The notes: generated by a model not told the origin, from the letters alone. A DNA stretch of 58,204 nucleotides, filler included, from Circinaria calcarea (GCA_051942165.1; 6 parts of 6 records of this genome joined end to end with filler, not necessarily neighbours in it), one strand, 5' to 3'. Counted from the first letter of the whole stretch, positions 24,366 through 38,790 are shown. Translations and numbers: made by a program.

Positions 24366-25599
24366 GTCGTCTTAAGCACCGGGCAACTAGGATAGCGAGG
24401 AGCTGTAGCCTTATGTAGTATACACAAAGATCAAAGAGCAGGGAAACACGTAGAGCAGACTTATCAATTGCTTGATCACCAGATCTCAACGAAGGCTAAC
24501 ACTCAACAATGCAAACCAGAGTGAAAGAGACAGAAGGCCAAATCGAAATACAAAAGATGTGGCAGAGGGTTTCAGGGCTGCAAAGTAAGGCTGCAAAGCT
24601 GCAGCTAGACGAGGCTGTGCCATCACATGTGCAGGATGGTGGCTTATAGCTGCACGAAATTCGTTGATCTTCACAGCCCCGTTCAAGGCTCTGATTTCCG
24701 TAAGTCATAGTGGCAACAGTAACAATTGGGGTAGGCAGTGCGAGTCACGCTATGCGGCTCTACCAGTTGGGTTTCTGCCCACAGTGCCTTTCTGCACTTC
24801 GCCGCGCATTTAATTCCTCGATTCGGCGACAATACCCCTAACGCCTAAAAGGCTCTAGTGCTGCCTTTATCAATCAATAAACTCTGAAATTAAAACCCTT
24901 CGACACTCCATTTCTACTGCGTAACTAACTTAGAATACCATTTTCCTCTCCCTCAAACCCTTCAATATCCGTTGATCAGTATAAAGACCCAGGCCTAGGA
25001 CATCCTTGGCGGCGTCGAATTCGAATGATCGGACCACCTGAACCCAAAAGTCTTCCTACCCATAACATTCCTCACAAAGCTCCTCTCTACCATTCTGCTA
25101 CTGGCATACCAGTATGGGTTCATCGATAGGCTTGACATGGAAATGGAGAAGCTATGATAGCGATCTCCTGGGAAATTGGAGGATAAGGGAATGAATACGA
25201 GGAAGTAAGTGTAATGGATCATATCTGTTGAATTAGCCGTGGTATTGGACAGACTTGGGAGCTGTAGGTCGAAGCGGAGATAACGGTGCCGATGGGGAGA
25301 GAGTGTTGGAGAGCTGAAGTGGGTAGTGAGCTAAAGCGAATATTGAGCACGTTACGGGAAACACAAACGTGATACGGTGATGCACATGTTTTAGTGATTG
25401 CGATAATACTCTTCTGGATCATCAGCCACTATTGAGTTCTAGATACACTTGAGCATGAGAACTCTAGGCTCCAGAATCAATGTTCAAAACTGAGTTGGTT
25501 CGACTGCCTCATTACATGTTCCGATATCTAGTCTACTCTAGAGAGTTCCCATGTTTCCTCAATGTAAAATACATGCAACTAATAGGACGTAAGACCGTC

Positions 25600-27839
25600 C
25601 TACAGCGTAGCACTCGTGACTAAGTTCCGAAGGATCTTATGCCCATCCTCCAGCTTCCCGATCCTGTCTTTCAAGAACTCGCGGTGTCTCTTGGCCGATG
25701 CTGGTTCGGATGCAATCGCCTCCGACTCAACGTCTGACAAGTTAGCAATGGCGACAGGTGAAAAGATCTTTTCGATGCCGCGGACGATGTGTCGTTCGAT
25801 AACTTGGGTTGTGATATTTTGTACGAACGTCTTTTGACAGACCTGGGTAAAAAGAAGCTGGTTCAGTATCATTTACCGGTTAGGGATAGGGGTTGTCTGA
25901 CCTTGTAGATGGAGAACAGGCAGTCAAGTGCCTCCTCGCAACTGTGCTTTTCCATGTCCGGATCGACACGCTGGCGATACTCCTCTGCAGCTTGGGCAAC
26001 GCCGATTATTGAGGAGGTGTGGTCATCGTCGGAAAATTCCTCGCCTGTGCAGCTTCTCCCCTCAATAGTTTCCGCAAGAGACTTCCTCCCTCTTGCTTGA
26101 CGCCGCTTTTTGATTGTGTCGGTGTAATAGTGATTGTAGTTGATGGGATAACTCTTGACATCCTCCATGATCAACTCAAGTTCCCGTATTGAAGCATCCT
26201 TCCTGATCTTCAAAGTATCTTGGATCTGAGACGACCATAACCGAGAGTACATATCTTTGGGGCATTTTTCACGAAGTAAGTTTTCAAGGAACTGACTGCA
26301 TACCTGCGATACCCTCTCCATGTGGTCCGCGGCTATTTGGTACCATCTAAAAGATTGCTCCCAGAAGAGTTCACCAATCAGGAGTGGGTTAAAGTTGCCA
26401 GCGAGCTCTTTCCCGCGGGTTCTCATAAGAGCTTGGTTAACCCACTGAAGCGCTTGTGAGTTGGATAGTTTCGTTGGTTTCCCAGATTCTACAATGGGCG
26501 GTGAAGAGATCCACTCGGGCTTTTCTGACATTTCAAAGTGATACTTGTGGCCATTCGTACGAAGGTTGTTGGAAAACTCGGTATTCATGAACTGGACGAC
26601 GGCGCGAAGCCTACGGACTGAGGCTGGAGAGGTAGGCGAGAAGACCTTGTCGGTGACACTGTTAAAGTAATCTCCTTCGTAGTATCCCTGGGCTGCGGCT
26701 TTACAAACCTCATAATAGTCAAGGCTAAGCTGCGACAGATAAGATTTGCACTCTTGTGGAGTTGCTCGACAATCGCCCATCTCCCCTAGTTGGCCTTTGT
26801 AGCCCACTAATGCTGCATCAAGATCTTCTCTTAGCTTTGGGAGTTCCAATTTAACATGGCAGAAAAGCAGCTGGCTCAGGCGACCTCGTAAAGACTCGAT
26901 TCCAACATAGTACTTGGGAAGAATTTTGAAAGTGGACTTTCGAAAGTAATTCGCCTCGGAGTCGTTGCGTTCACTAAACGTCATCGAGCCTTCCTCGAAG
27001 CTACGGTTCTTGAGCACATGCCATCCTAATTTAAAGAAGATGTCCTGGTTACGTGCCAAGTTCAAAAAAGCTGTCTCCATTCCCGATCCTGACGGCAGTC
27101 GATCGGGTTTTGTGATGATGCCAAGAGTCCGTTCGCCCTTTGGATCAACTTTCCTTACCTTGGTCAATATTCCTTGATTAGCATAATCGTTGGCAGCTGA
27201 GACAACTGCCAGACATATTGTGCGAGGCTGTGAGATGTAGTGATCGGTGATTTCTGCTACAAGTTCGACATCTGCCTTCGTCACGCCTTTTGATTCGGTC
27301 TGGATGAGCCCAGGAAGATCAACTACTGTAAGCTGTGGCCTCAAAGGGCCTTCGATCTCGATGCTAAGCACGTCCTTGGCAAAAGCATGGGAATTCGCAC
27401 TTGGAGTCGAGCTGTTGTCTATACCCATGAGAACCATAGCCTTGTCCATAAGGCCGGGGAGCTCGTCAAGATTCGTGATGGATTCTTTGAAGGCTTTGAT
27501 GGACTCCTGCTCTTGACTATTGCGTTCTGTGTCTGGGATCACCCTGATTGTAAGTGAATTGGTCGTGGCACGGCGCAGGATGATCTCCGTGGCAAACCGG
27601 GTGCAGAGATTGTCATTCCTTGGAAAGGGGATTTCTGTAAGCGCCTCAAGGACAGAACTCTTGCCAGCCGATTGGTCTCCGCAAACGACAAGCTGTGGAA
27701 GTGATAAGATGCTCTCCAGGCCACATTTGCGAATCTGGGCAATCGTGTCAAGAACTAGCCGTTGCTCATTGGTTTGAAGATCCTCAAGAGAAGAAGTGAT
27801 GTCAAGCTCCACGGCAGGAGCATCGCCTGAAGAATCCAT
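25600..27839 (-). CDS. Mx-like dynamin-family GTPase
   Basis: G1 LPQLVVCGDQSAGKSSVLE, G2 CTRFATE, G3 DLPG, G4 TKPD. Intron ~25846-25901 precedes a GED-like C-terminal exon (KTFVQNITTQVIERHIV). Confidence 0.92.
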
Positions 27840-29075
27840 GGTGTCGACTAAGGTATGAACATGTGAGTAGAAAATAGTAGAACGTTCTAGAGTTCTTTAC
27901 CTTTAGCTGATGTCAATTATCGAGATTTGGTAACCTAGTTGACGGAACAGCAACGGAGAGGTATTTGCTAAGGTGAAGTGAATCGTATCCAATTTCGTGG
28001 TTACGTGGAGACAGCGGATAAGAGCGAAGAAGTATCGAAAGTAAATAGGTTTTATCCACTAACTAGGCTGAGTTACCGTGGCAAACAATACCGAGTTGAT
28101 AAAAAGAGAATCCACAGGCAGCAACAAACATTCGCGTCGGATAGATGTCGGCTACCGGCCTCAGCCTTGCAAACGGAAGCACAGCCTCATTCTCTTATTT
28201 TCACCGCATGTCTCGGCAGTCCGTGACTCAAAGCTGCAATCCTGAGAGCCCCAATGAAAACCAATAGAATACGCCAATGTCTTGCATCCTCATAGGCTGA
28301 AAGCGGAAGACGGGAACTCGCATGCTAGGCTCTCGATTAGTTCTTCCATGACGTGGGAAGCCGAAAGCCTTGTAACTCTGAGCTGGAAGCAAAGAAACAG
28401 GACCGGGAGGCGGGAGGACGAGGAAGTAGGAAGACAAAGGAGAACAATAGAGGATATACATCTACGGAAATTTACCAGAATCTTCTCAAAGAGTGACCGT
28501 GCCTCTTTTGCCACCGGTCACACCTAAAGAATGAGGAAATCCAGAGTTGTAAGGGATTGCGAGTATCCCCATTGTTCAGCCACTACGGAAGTCAGTTCGC
28601 AGGCCTTTTTTGGCAACATTAGTCAGGCGCCACAAGCTTCCCGAACTATCTCGGATTCCGTTATGTTATAGACTGCAGGTATGAAAGGCAACAGGAAGCA
28701 TGGATAGGACTGCGGAACAAGACGGCCAATTCGGTCGGCATTGTGGTTTTGAAATCTTTCATGGCATGAGTCCAGGTGGTTCGGTGGAGCACACAGTAGT
28801 GATTGATAGAGCTCGAAACCATTCAGGGTCGTTCGTATGCTACTTCTGAACGGGATTCGGTAATGCAGTAATCGACTTGTCAGTGACTCGTGAGGCTTAA
28901 TGCAGAGGGTCAAGATTGATTACAAAATGTTATTGTGCTTCCCATCAGATCAAATGCTTAGATCTATTTGGTACGTCAGTCAAGGTTAAGGTCACTGCTG
29001 GCCAACACGTACCTAAAATACGCCCTCAAGTATACAACCTGCCAGGCCCCCAGTCCGACCAACATTCCCATCGTC

Positions 29076-29175
29076 NNNNNNNNNNNNNNNNNNNNNNNNN
29101 NNNNNNNNNNNNNNNNNNNTTAATTAATTAANNNNNNNNNNNNNNNNNNNNNNNNNNNNNNNNNNNNNNNNNNNN
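29076..29175. other. Assembly gap with linker
   Basis: N-TTAATTAATTAA-N. Confidence 0.97.
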
Positions 29176-29563
29176 GGGTTGGGGAGGGGAATAGGGAGGG
29201 GAAAGAGGGCGCCGAGATGGGGATGCAGCAGAAAGCGGTTGTGCAGGCTGGGGCTGAAGTCGAGCAGGCCAAGGGGAAGACGGTGATGGAATTGAGTCGG
29301 CTGTGGATGTATCTAGGCGGTGCAGCGCCGGAGAGTTAAAAAGGTCTAAATTGTCGAGCGAGAAGAAAGGGGCCGGGGTTTGTTATTTTTAGTCTGCGGG
29401 ACGGTTATCAGTTTTGACGGTTTACTCTTTTCCTATCCAATTACAACCAAAAAGTGGTTTCAAAGCTGTATTGTTTTCCACAATTCAATGTGTCTATTCC
29501 CACATGACACTTCTGCTTTCAGCTACTTTCATCCATTCATTCCATTCCAACCACGCAATCTGA

Positions 29564-30677
29564 TCATACGTCATCCTCCCATAACATTCGACGTTCGCTC
29601 GCAAGCGGGGAGCCTGACCTCTTTCGGCGGACTGGCAGCGCCGAGAGTTTAGCGGACAGGGGAGGGGCTGGCGGTGATGATGTAGAGGCGGTGTCGGTAG
29701 CTAACTGGGACATGGCCGTCGAGAGGTCATTGAGCTCCTCATTGTCCATGGCATTCTGCTGTGCGGAGGCCTGCAGCTGCTGCGATGTCGTTACATCGGC
29801 CGGGTCAACGGCCATGGACGCCAGTGCTCGAGTCAACGAGATGATCGCCTGGGTCGGAGGCTGCTGCTCAGGTCCGGGGGCGCTATACTGGGTAAAATAC
29901 TCGAATTCGTCACCCCAGTGTTCTTGTGACGCGGGACCGTTGGCCTAGCGGGTGGTGAATCATTGGTCAGTTAGCTGATCTCCAAGGAAAAGAACCCCCT
30001 TTGAGATGTATATATCAACAAAGAAAGGCTGCTCACCTGCGTCAGCGCCTTCTCCTTCTCCCCCTCCCCTGCCATGCAAAACACATTCAGCACCAGCCCC
30101 GCCCACAGATATCCCGCCTTCTCGCAGTTCCACCACGTCCTCCGCCGCGCCAACCTCGCGTTCAGCAGCGGAAACCACTCCAGCATGTCGGCGTACCTCA
30201 TCTGCGAGAGGGCCAAGTGGCTAAACACGGGGGTTTTGACAAACTGCCCGTGGGCGTTGCGCATGCTCTGGAGGTTGTTGTCTTGGTCGGCCCAGCGCTG
30301 CTGCCGCAGGTGCAGGTAGAAGATCTCTCGGTCGTTGGGGATGCGAGAGAGAGTGGCGCGGAGGTGAGAGCGGAAGTGGTAATAGGCGGCTGGGGAGTTG
30401 GTCTGTGGGGAGTTAGCGGTTGGAACTGGGGAGGTAGATCTGGCGGGGTGTGGGGTTGTTGACGGACCTGAGCTTTGAGGTGTTGAACGCCGGTAGGGAA
30501 GTGGCTGTTATCCGGGAGGATGCTGTCGACTTCGAGATTCCATTGGGCTTCGATTTGGGCTTGGATGGCTTGGCGGTCAAGGGTTTTCTGGCATTCTTTG
30601 ATGTATTGGATGAATGATAGGCCGTTGGCGAAGTCGGCGTAGGTGACCGATGGCCATGCGAGGGTGGGTGCGGCCAT
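29564..30677 (-). CDS. Hypothetical protein, 3 exons
   Basis: ATG 30677 (MAAPTLAW). Introns ~30403-30467 (GTCCGT...GCTAAC...CAG) and ~29945-30036 (GTGAGC...CTAACTGAC...TAG) join ORF pieces 30198, 29971 and 29564 in frame. GC-rich coding bias. Confidence 0.65.
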
Positions 30678-33600
30678 AATTTTGCTTGAGCGAGGATGGA
30701 TGTGGAGCAACGATGCAAATAGAATTCAAGGCTGGAGTTGTTGAATGTGGATGGTAGAGAAGTGCGGAAAACAATCTAGCATCCACGGTAGAACCGGCAA
30801 CCTAGTGAAAGCAGCCGCAAGTGTATCTGTAGGATGCGGCTGTGTAAATGCGTAACAGCGTTGTTATCGGAGCTGGTTCAAGTAGGTCAACGGCTAGGGG
30901 TAGAGCAGTTAGACGGTAAGACGTGTTGAAGACACATCGAGACCACACCGTCGAATGAGGAACAAGACGTGAAGCATTATAGAAGGGTTCTGTATTCCTG
31001 AATTGGGAGATGTTTGAAGAAGCTTAGCTAATGGAAGCGTGCAAACTGATAGCTATAGCTGGGAGTGAAATTCCGAATGGCGAGGCTATGTTGACGGGGA
31101 CATGAGGATGTACGAACGACTGCTGACGAGGGGTAATAATAACACAACAAGGGGATAAATGTGCCACAAAGCTTTCACGAAAGGAGTCGATGGGTTGTGA
31201 TGAAGCAAATAATGAAATGACGTCCCTACACAGCGAGGTCGACATCTAGCTCTACAGAGACTTACCTGAATACAGCTATGTCTCTGTCCACGGCAGATTG
31301 TCACGAAAGCACATATACGTAAAGGAGATGTTTTTGTTATTTGTTTCAATTACCGTTAGCCTAATAACATGGCTAGGCTTTGAGGAAGACCGTAGGCGCA
31401 ATAGGGAAGGTACTCCTCAATAACTCTTCCAAGTCAATAATACCCACGCTATGATACCCATTGATATCGTTGATATTGCATTTGACCTCACACTGTGGAG
31501 GGACATATTTGAGTAATCCTGGTATCTTGATCATACTCGGTGAACTCTATAAATGTGAACCATATCATTTTCGAAAGCCATATCTGAGTCTGTGCATTCA
31601 GACGAATCGTGTGTTTCGGTCTTTGCTGGTGCCTCCTGAACTGCTGACGCCTGCCTCTTTAATCTCTCCTTATGTTCCGTCTCATTGCTATTTTCTGATG
31701 AATTTGGAGCCTCAATCCTCTCCCTCTTGTCATAATAGATAGGTTTCTCATGCAGATTGCTTGACTTGGTTCCATATTAGCTGACGTGGTCGCATGCTGT
31801 TACAGCTAGAAGGTGCTAGCTTTAAGTGACTCTCCGCCCGAGGGGTACTTTCGAGGCACAACCTATTTGTTCTATCCTAGGAGCGAGGTGAAGGTTTGGT
31901 AGCTTCACATAGGCCAATTACAGCCACAAGAGTGGCAGTATTGGTTTCTTCAGCATCCTTTGTCACATCAGAATTGCTCTGTGTACGGACTGGACTACCG
32001 TGGTTGCTAGAGACCATACACGGAGATTTTGGCCCTTTAGAGTTGACGACCTGTTTGAAATGATGTATGGGCTTCGGTAGGACTGGCGTAGATTTTGGGG
32101 TAAATCCGTCAAAGCGAACGAATTTTCGTCGCCGTACACTGGCACAAACGCGTTATTCGTCTAACATTGTAAGTCTAGGCAGGTAAACTGATAGAGTAGT
32201 ATACTTGATTGATTATTCCTAGCTTGTTCCGGTCACATTCAAAGTAAAATACGATGAAAGCAAGACCCGCTCAGATGTTGTAAGCCATTTCGGAGTCAGG
32301 GATGTAGAAGTGCTGTTAATCAACACCAGTTCAACGACTTCTAGGTACCTCATATATAAGACCTCACGCAGTCCGAATACCGTGTTTGATATGAATATGG
32401 TAACCGTTCCTTATAGAACCGTGTCATTTCTAAGCTCGTACTGGTTCCGTTTTAGACGTTGGAAGAATAATTCAATATGCCGTGGAGATTTTCTTTTCGC
32501 GCTGGGGTCTTCTGTCTTCGATAAACAAGTAATGCTGGACATCTGGAGAGGACCTCAGTACGCAGGGGTCATTAGACTAACAGTACCACGTAAGCTTTCT
32601 CGGACTGGAGATACAAACCTGTTCAGAATTCTCAGGGCGCCACTTATTATAGCGTTTGTTTGCACTTTTCACAAACTTGTACTCGACTTGAGTTCGTGTT
32701 GCCGCTAGCTGTTCATGTATGCTGCGTTTTCAAAGCAGCTTCTTGCATCATTTTGATGGGCGGCACGTGCCAATCAGGGAAGGCGAGCAATTGTATACCT
32801 GATATATCATGAGACCTTAAGTCACCTGCCTGTTGCCAGAGTATGCTGTTAGGGCTAGGTTATCATAAATATCACACGATCTCTTAATATCTCCCTTCCA
32901 TGCATTGTAGTAGTCTATTACTATCATCATGCTCCTCCTGATCCCATAACGAAGACTCTCACACTCCGCCGTCTTCCGCTTGATCTTCCGAGAAGACATA
33001 GCTGCTATATCCGAGTAGATGTAGACTCGTGCCTTTCCTCGAAGTCAACGGCTATACATCTTATGCCGGGTATCCTGCGATATTCTCTCTACTCACTTTC
33101 CAATTCTTCATACTCATTGGCCACGACTCAATTGTACCGAATATCAGGTGAAGCATGTTATATACACCGGCTTTCGGCAGTATAGTAGAGTTGCATTTAC
33201 TTTGTGGAAACTTTCAGATAGAGAATTATTGTATGCAAAATCCCTATCTGTGGGCTTGAGTTTCTGTATGTGGGAGGCTTGACATTAAAATGCTGGGAAT
33301 AATTACTGGTAGCAAGAGTACTGTGGGGTGCATATATTAGCACGCTACTGTGCTGCCTTATTTATGCGTTCCAATTTGGAGCTTAGAACTTCACCCATTC
33401 CATGACGGCAACAATCCTCTTTTCAGTACGGGCCCCGGAGTACGGATTATGGTGTTTCCGTTCGCTCTCCAATACACACTCATTAATATTCACCCTTTAT
33501 AGTGAATGTGGATGGATACAGTTTCCGGTCATCCACAGTCTTTTCTGACATCGAGAAGCCTAGTAGATGACAATCATCTCCACGAATAACATAATATTCA

Positions 33601-34975
33601 ATTCCTTCGTTGAGATTCTACCTAAACAATGTTACGTCCGTTGTCTCCTCTACCGACCTTTTCCGTTGCTGGAAGTTCCAACGGACTGAAGGAGCCACCC
33701 TCCAGATTTTTGCGGGAGCAGAATCTTGATATATATATGATTCAAAGGTATCCGGAACTACGGAGGGTTTTGCATCGCTACCTAGGCAAAGACTTATGAT
33801 GGTATTGGATTACATGTGCTGGGGATAACTTTCCAATGATACAGGCTGCATCCCAGGAGGAAGACGAAGGAGAATCCGATGAAGAGGCTCCCGTTTTCAG
33901 GGTGGTAAACGACGCCTTGCTGGAAACAAGTTCTCACGCTGAATCGATAGAGAACTCTCCCGAGAGGCCGGCTGCTAAATACGAAAGGTTGATGGGGCTT
34001 CCCAAAGTCCATTCTAGGCTGCATCTGGCAGATGTGGCAAGGAAATACGCCACGATCATGAACAAGTATCTCAAGCTGAAAACACGAAGCGACTGAGTTG
34101 TTATAATAGCCATCACCAAGACACACTCTCAGCTGATAGGCTCGCCGTTTCAGCCGCACATTCAATGTTACGACTTATATATGGTACGACCGCCATGCAA
34201 AGACGGTGATTTTGTCGCAACTCGTCATCGAAGATCTAAAAAGAATAGGGGAATGGAGATAATGCAGTGGCCGAATATGCATGGCACGTCGATTAGTATG
34301 GTAGTGCTACTATCGACCTTGAAATAGATGGCCAATTATTCCAGATATCAAACCGACTACTCACTCGGACGCGAACGCACCATACTATGTCCATTTAACC
34401 ACAAAGATGAAGATACTTATATACGGCTGCAAGCAAATCCCAGATAAATATAAGGCCCGATTCTGGAGCGACGACTTCATTTATAATATAGGGCTATCTG
34501 TAAGAACCAGGGCATCAAAAAGGAATCAAAAACCGCCGGGTCACCTCAGGGGAAGAGGGATAATGATATGGTTCCAGTAGAAGAAAGAAGTGAGTACAGG
34601 TAAAGATCGAGGACGTTTAGATATGGTGTGGGGCGGACGTCTCCTCTTAAGCCTGCTCTGGCAGCGGCCTATTAAGCTCGACAAACTGGTGGCGATTGCG
34701 ACGTGTAAGTTTTTATCAAGGCCGAATCAATTCTCAGAGGCGAGCCACTGCCACGGTCGATTAACGGCGAATAATAGTGGAAAATGATTGCTCCTCATAT
34801 TATTAATATTATCGCTTTTTCAACTATCGTCGACGGCTAATTTTAAGCAGGTTAGTATTATTACTCGGGCTGTTATCTCGTATAATAAATTTATTTTCGT
34901 CCTTATTACAGAGCAGCCGTTGAGAATAAGCAAATACAGATTAATATCAACGAATTAGAAAACGGCGAAAACCGC

Positions 34976-36221
34976 ATGATCTGTGGCGCTATTAACGATG
35001 ATGATTGTACTACACAGCACGAGAGCGACCAGGTATCGTGTGAATAGCCAGGACCTAAAGAATTCTCTTCATCCCAGGCTATTATGAAGAAATATATAGA
35101 ATCACACGCTTATTACCGAGTGTAATATCCGAGTCGTGGATGCAGCTTTTTCGCTGGAGATCCGCAGACAATAACTGAGCACATTACAAAGTGCCACCCA
35201 TCGTTTACAGCCTTAGCCAACCACTACCGCATAAATGCACTATTACTGGACGACATACGGCAATTATATAAAAGAGCACTGGATATCAAGTGTAAGCATT
35301 GCGGCGAGCTTATAAGGTGGAGTCTATACGACATAAAAGCAAAAGGAACAGCTCGCGAGTTTTTCCAGGCAAAGGGGATGTATCCCTAAAATCGGGAGGA
35401 GAGCGGTGAATACAGAACATCCGATTTTTGGAAACCACGAAACAAGTACAACGCGTATGGTACGACAAGGAATGGTTGTCAGCATACATTACGAAAGTCT
35501 TAGGCTTATTAGATCCTTTTTATATATTTCGAAGCCGACCCATATTTCGATAAATTTAACACTAACACGATATTACCAAAACACGTATTGCACATTTGCC
35601 ATTAGCCCCCTTGTCTGACTTTTCCGGATCTTGAATTGGTTTTGCCGTATTATAATAACGACCGCACCGAATGCAAGAACAACGTTAGGCAATATACTGG
35701 CGGTTGTTTTGCCGAGGATTCGATGCACCGAGAACGGCCATGCTTTGGCCCAAACGTGTTGTTGGCCCTGCCTTTCAGTCTTTACCGGAGGGAATGATAA
35801 CTTCTTCGAGAAGATTTACCACCAAGCTAACAGGATCTGGGATGGCCGTAAGTAATGAGATAAGATTATTAAACGTGGCTGGCAATCCGGTCGCTCTTCT
35901 AGGCCGGATACGAAAGCGGGACAGATGCCGAGCTTGAGCCAGCCAAGGCGCCTGGTGCTATAAAGGAGTTGAAATAACCCGCTGAAGGAACGAGAAAATG
36001 TTCACGAGTGTCCGGAAAACGTAACGCCCCGGCAAATGAAGACTGATGAGGATGAGGAGGATGAGGCAAAGGAGAAGATATCGACGAAGAAGAAGTTCAA
36101 GACCTCGGAAGGGTCCTTTGACTTCACCGGTAATGATAACTTTCATGGTCTCAATACTGCTGTACTCCAAGACAGTATTCCCGTCGGCGGTTACAATGGA
36201 CACGTTGATACCCTTCCCTAG
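34976..36221 (+). pseudogene. RIP-degraded coding relic with Cys/His zinc-finger-like motifs
   Basis: Broken frames read GCSFFAGDPQTITEHITKCHP, KCKHCGE and CTENGH...CCWPC, with an acidic/basic tail; many TAA/TAG and ATA codons. Confidence 0.35.
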
Positions 36222-36763
36222 CCCAGCAATTACGCAAGCAAAACGACCTCACATCATCGCCGAAGATTGCTTTAGGAAAAGAACTCATTCCGAATACCGG
36301 CACCCATTCCAATATTACAGCTCCTATCTTGCAACCTATCGCAATTACTCGTATCAATGTTGTCGCAGCTAGCTCGTCCATTAATTCTAATAACAGCCGC
36401 ATCACGTGCCGCCACCGCGGCTGCACCAGAAACTTCGCCCGCCCCGGTAAAATCGCGATCGTTATATGCTAACATACTTTTCACTGCAGCACAATTGCCC
36501 GGTTAACGGATATAACCGCAAGGGAAACAAGGCATTTTATCGCCTCGATAAGCTTCATGACCACCAGCGCCAGAAGCATAAGATGACGGTTTAGGTGAAA
36601 AGTGAAGGGGGGAAATCAAAAAAAGGTAGAAAGGCAAAATTATCAAACGGGGGAAGGAAGGACAGATATTCTATATGGTTAGCAGCATCCGTGGTCTTAA
36701 TGACTATAATCTACCAAGAATGGCTAAACCTATGCATGCATTGTGGATGTTGACTGTGAAGTA

Positions 36764-38334
36764 TTATTGCATCGACCTTCCGTTTGCGAACCTCCGGAGA
36801 AGCCAAGCGCTTCCATGCTCTTGGTACTCTTGTCTTGTCACCATTATTTCTTTCAAAGCTGTCTTGTCTGACGCAAGGCGTGAGCCACCGAGCCATGTCG
36901 ATCTGATCGGGCTTGAGGACATTAGCGCACTTTCGATTAGTGATATTACTGATACTTACTCCGGCGCTTTTACGACTCTCACAATGCACTCCGCTGGAGC
37001 AAGCTGTCGAAGCTCTGAGCATCTTTTCGTCAAGGGAGTTAGCTGGCGACAAGGCTATCAGGAATAGGTACATACAGTCTTTCAGTAAAACCTTCCATGT
37101 TGGCATTGCCCCCAACGACCAAGACGTTGGACAACATCGCCGGCCACAAACCTGGCGGAAGTCCATAGAGGCTATGCATGACGGTTTCAGGTAATCCGGC
37201 TTCTTCATCCCAGCATCGCTGGGATTGAAGAGCAGCTCTGGAACTGCGAACCGCTCGTTACCGAGTGTCATGATGTGTTCCATGACACCGTCAGGACCCA
37301 ATACCGCACCATACTTGTTTCGCTTCGCTACTAATGATGGATCATGAGGTCGAGCAAAACCTTTCATGTGAGTAATGTAATCGGGTAGAACGTAGTCCAG
37401 GGCTAGTCCTTTATCGCCATGGCTCTTTCGACCCGGTCCAGAAGTCTCGTTCCATGTCCGTTCTAAGTCCATCTTGAAATCATGACTGACGTAGCAAACG
37501 TCTTCTTTGATTTGGTTCATCAGATAGGTCTCCGCAGTCATGTCCATATGACGAATAGAGACGATTTCTTTCATGTAATTGGTCAAGAACTTGCCACCGA
37601 TATCTAGCCGGCGAATCGCCTGATGTATCGGTCGACCATTGTATAAAGGTGTTACGGTGCTGTGGGAGAAACCCGAGTCAATGACAAGTAGACACTCGAC
37701 AGGTAGAGCGCCGACACCAGTCTTGTAGGGATGATCTCCAACGAGACTGGCAATGTCATTGTAAGCATTGAGAGATGCACCTACCTTTCCCATCAGCAAG
37801 TCGCACTACCAACGCCGACCCGAGCGTGTGGCACAGGAACACTGACCTATACATCGATTGTAGGCAGTAAATTCGAACTCTTCGAAAATAATTTGATCAC
37901 AGTTGGCTTGGAGAGCCGCAGGGCAGTTTGGGGACTCGGTGAGGAGAAGATTGGTTTCATGTGGGTCGCACTACTAGTAGTCAAAATCTAGCTTGAAGAG
38001 TTCTTGAGGAAATATCACAGACCTTTACTACAGCTTGACTATCGAAGAAGCTGTCATACCATATCTCTTTCTCGGCCTCCCAATTAACCATGTACCCTTT
38101 TTCCACAGGCCGTCGAAATGCCATTTCTCCAAAGTCCTGACATTTCTCCAATTGGGCTCCTATCCAGATTCGTTTATCTCGGCTCTTCGCTATGCAGTTT
38201 GGGATTACGTGGCAGTCAGTCTCTATATTAGATAATGGTGTGGCAAAGCCGGCTTTCATAGTATCAGCACCATTATCAACGATGAGCGTCCGCTCGGGTA
38301 GCGCTTGTTCCGCTGTCTTCAACTGACGAGGCAT
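36764..38334 (-). CDS. ARP6: Actin-related protein 6 (SWR1 complex); apparent 1-bp frameshift at ~37204
   Basis: TLIVDNGADTMKAGF, FRRPVEKGYMVNWEAEKEIW, LVIDSGFSHS, TLGNERFAVPELLFNPSD, then in the shifted frame EAGLPETVM...NVLVVGGNANMEGF and DPIRSTWLGG...VTRQEYQEHG. Four introns. Confidence 0.92.
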
Positions 38335-38790
38335 TGCTGGTCACACGTCAAGCACTTAGATCATTAGTGAAAGCTGCTTGTACAGCTCATCCAACTTCTC
38401 ACATCAATACAAGCAGTAATGAAGACGATTGTTGAAGTCTTTAAACCACTCGACGTCTATCCATATACAGTATGTTGACAAGCGCCAACACAACTGTGTG
38501 TAAAAGTGACACCTCCTATCCGAACAGTAGCGTGGCAAGGGATTTTATCCGATTTCACCCTCGTTGTATATAATCTATGGCCGCGCTAGATGCTATGTAT
38601 ATATGCGTGCCTGCATCTTGAACTCCTCATTCTCCATAACTAAAGCTCAAACTCATGAAAGGCGGAATAACAAATCAATTCAATCCAAGAGCCAAAATGC
38701 CACCGGTCTCACCCTCAACGACCCTTCAACAAACTCTCCAAACCACAAAATGCCTCCTCCACACCTTCACAACCGCCCTCAACTCCCCCA

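Noticed and set aside
24995..25422. Short ORFs or stop-ridden plus-strand relic between the ankyrin and dynamin genes
   Set aside because: No recognisable motif; cannot support a call.
31000..34200. Scattered 60-130 aa ORFs
   Set aside because: No coherent gene model or motif; possibly decayed sequence.
36711..37200. C-terminal part of the 362-aa ARP6 ORF translation
   Set aside because: Out-of-frame read-through after the 1-bp indel and across introns.
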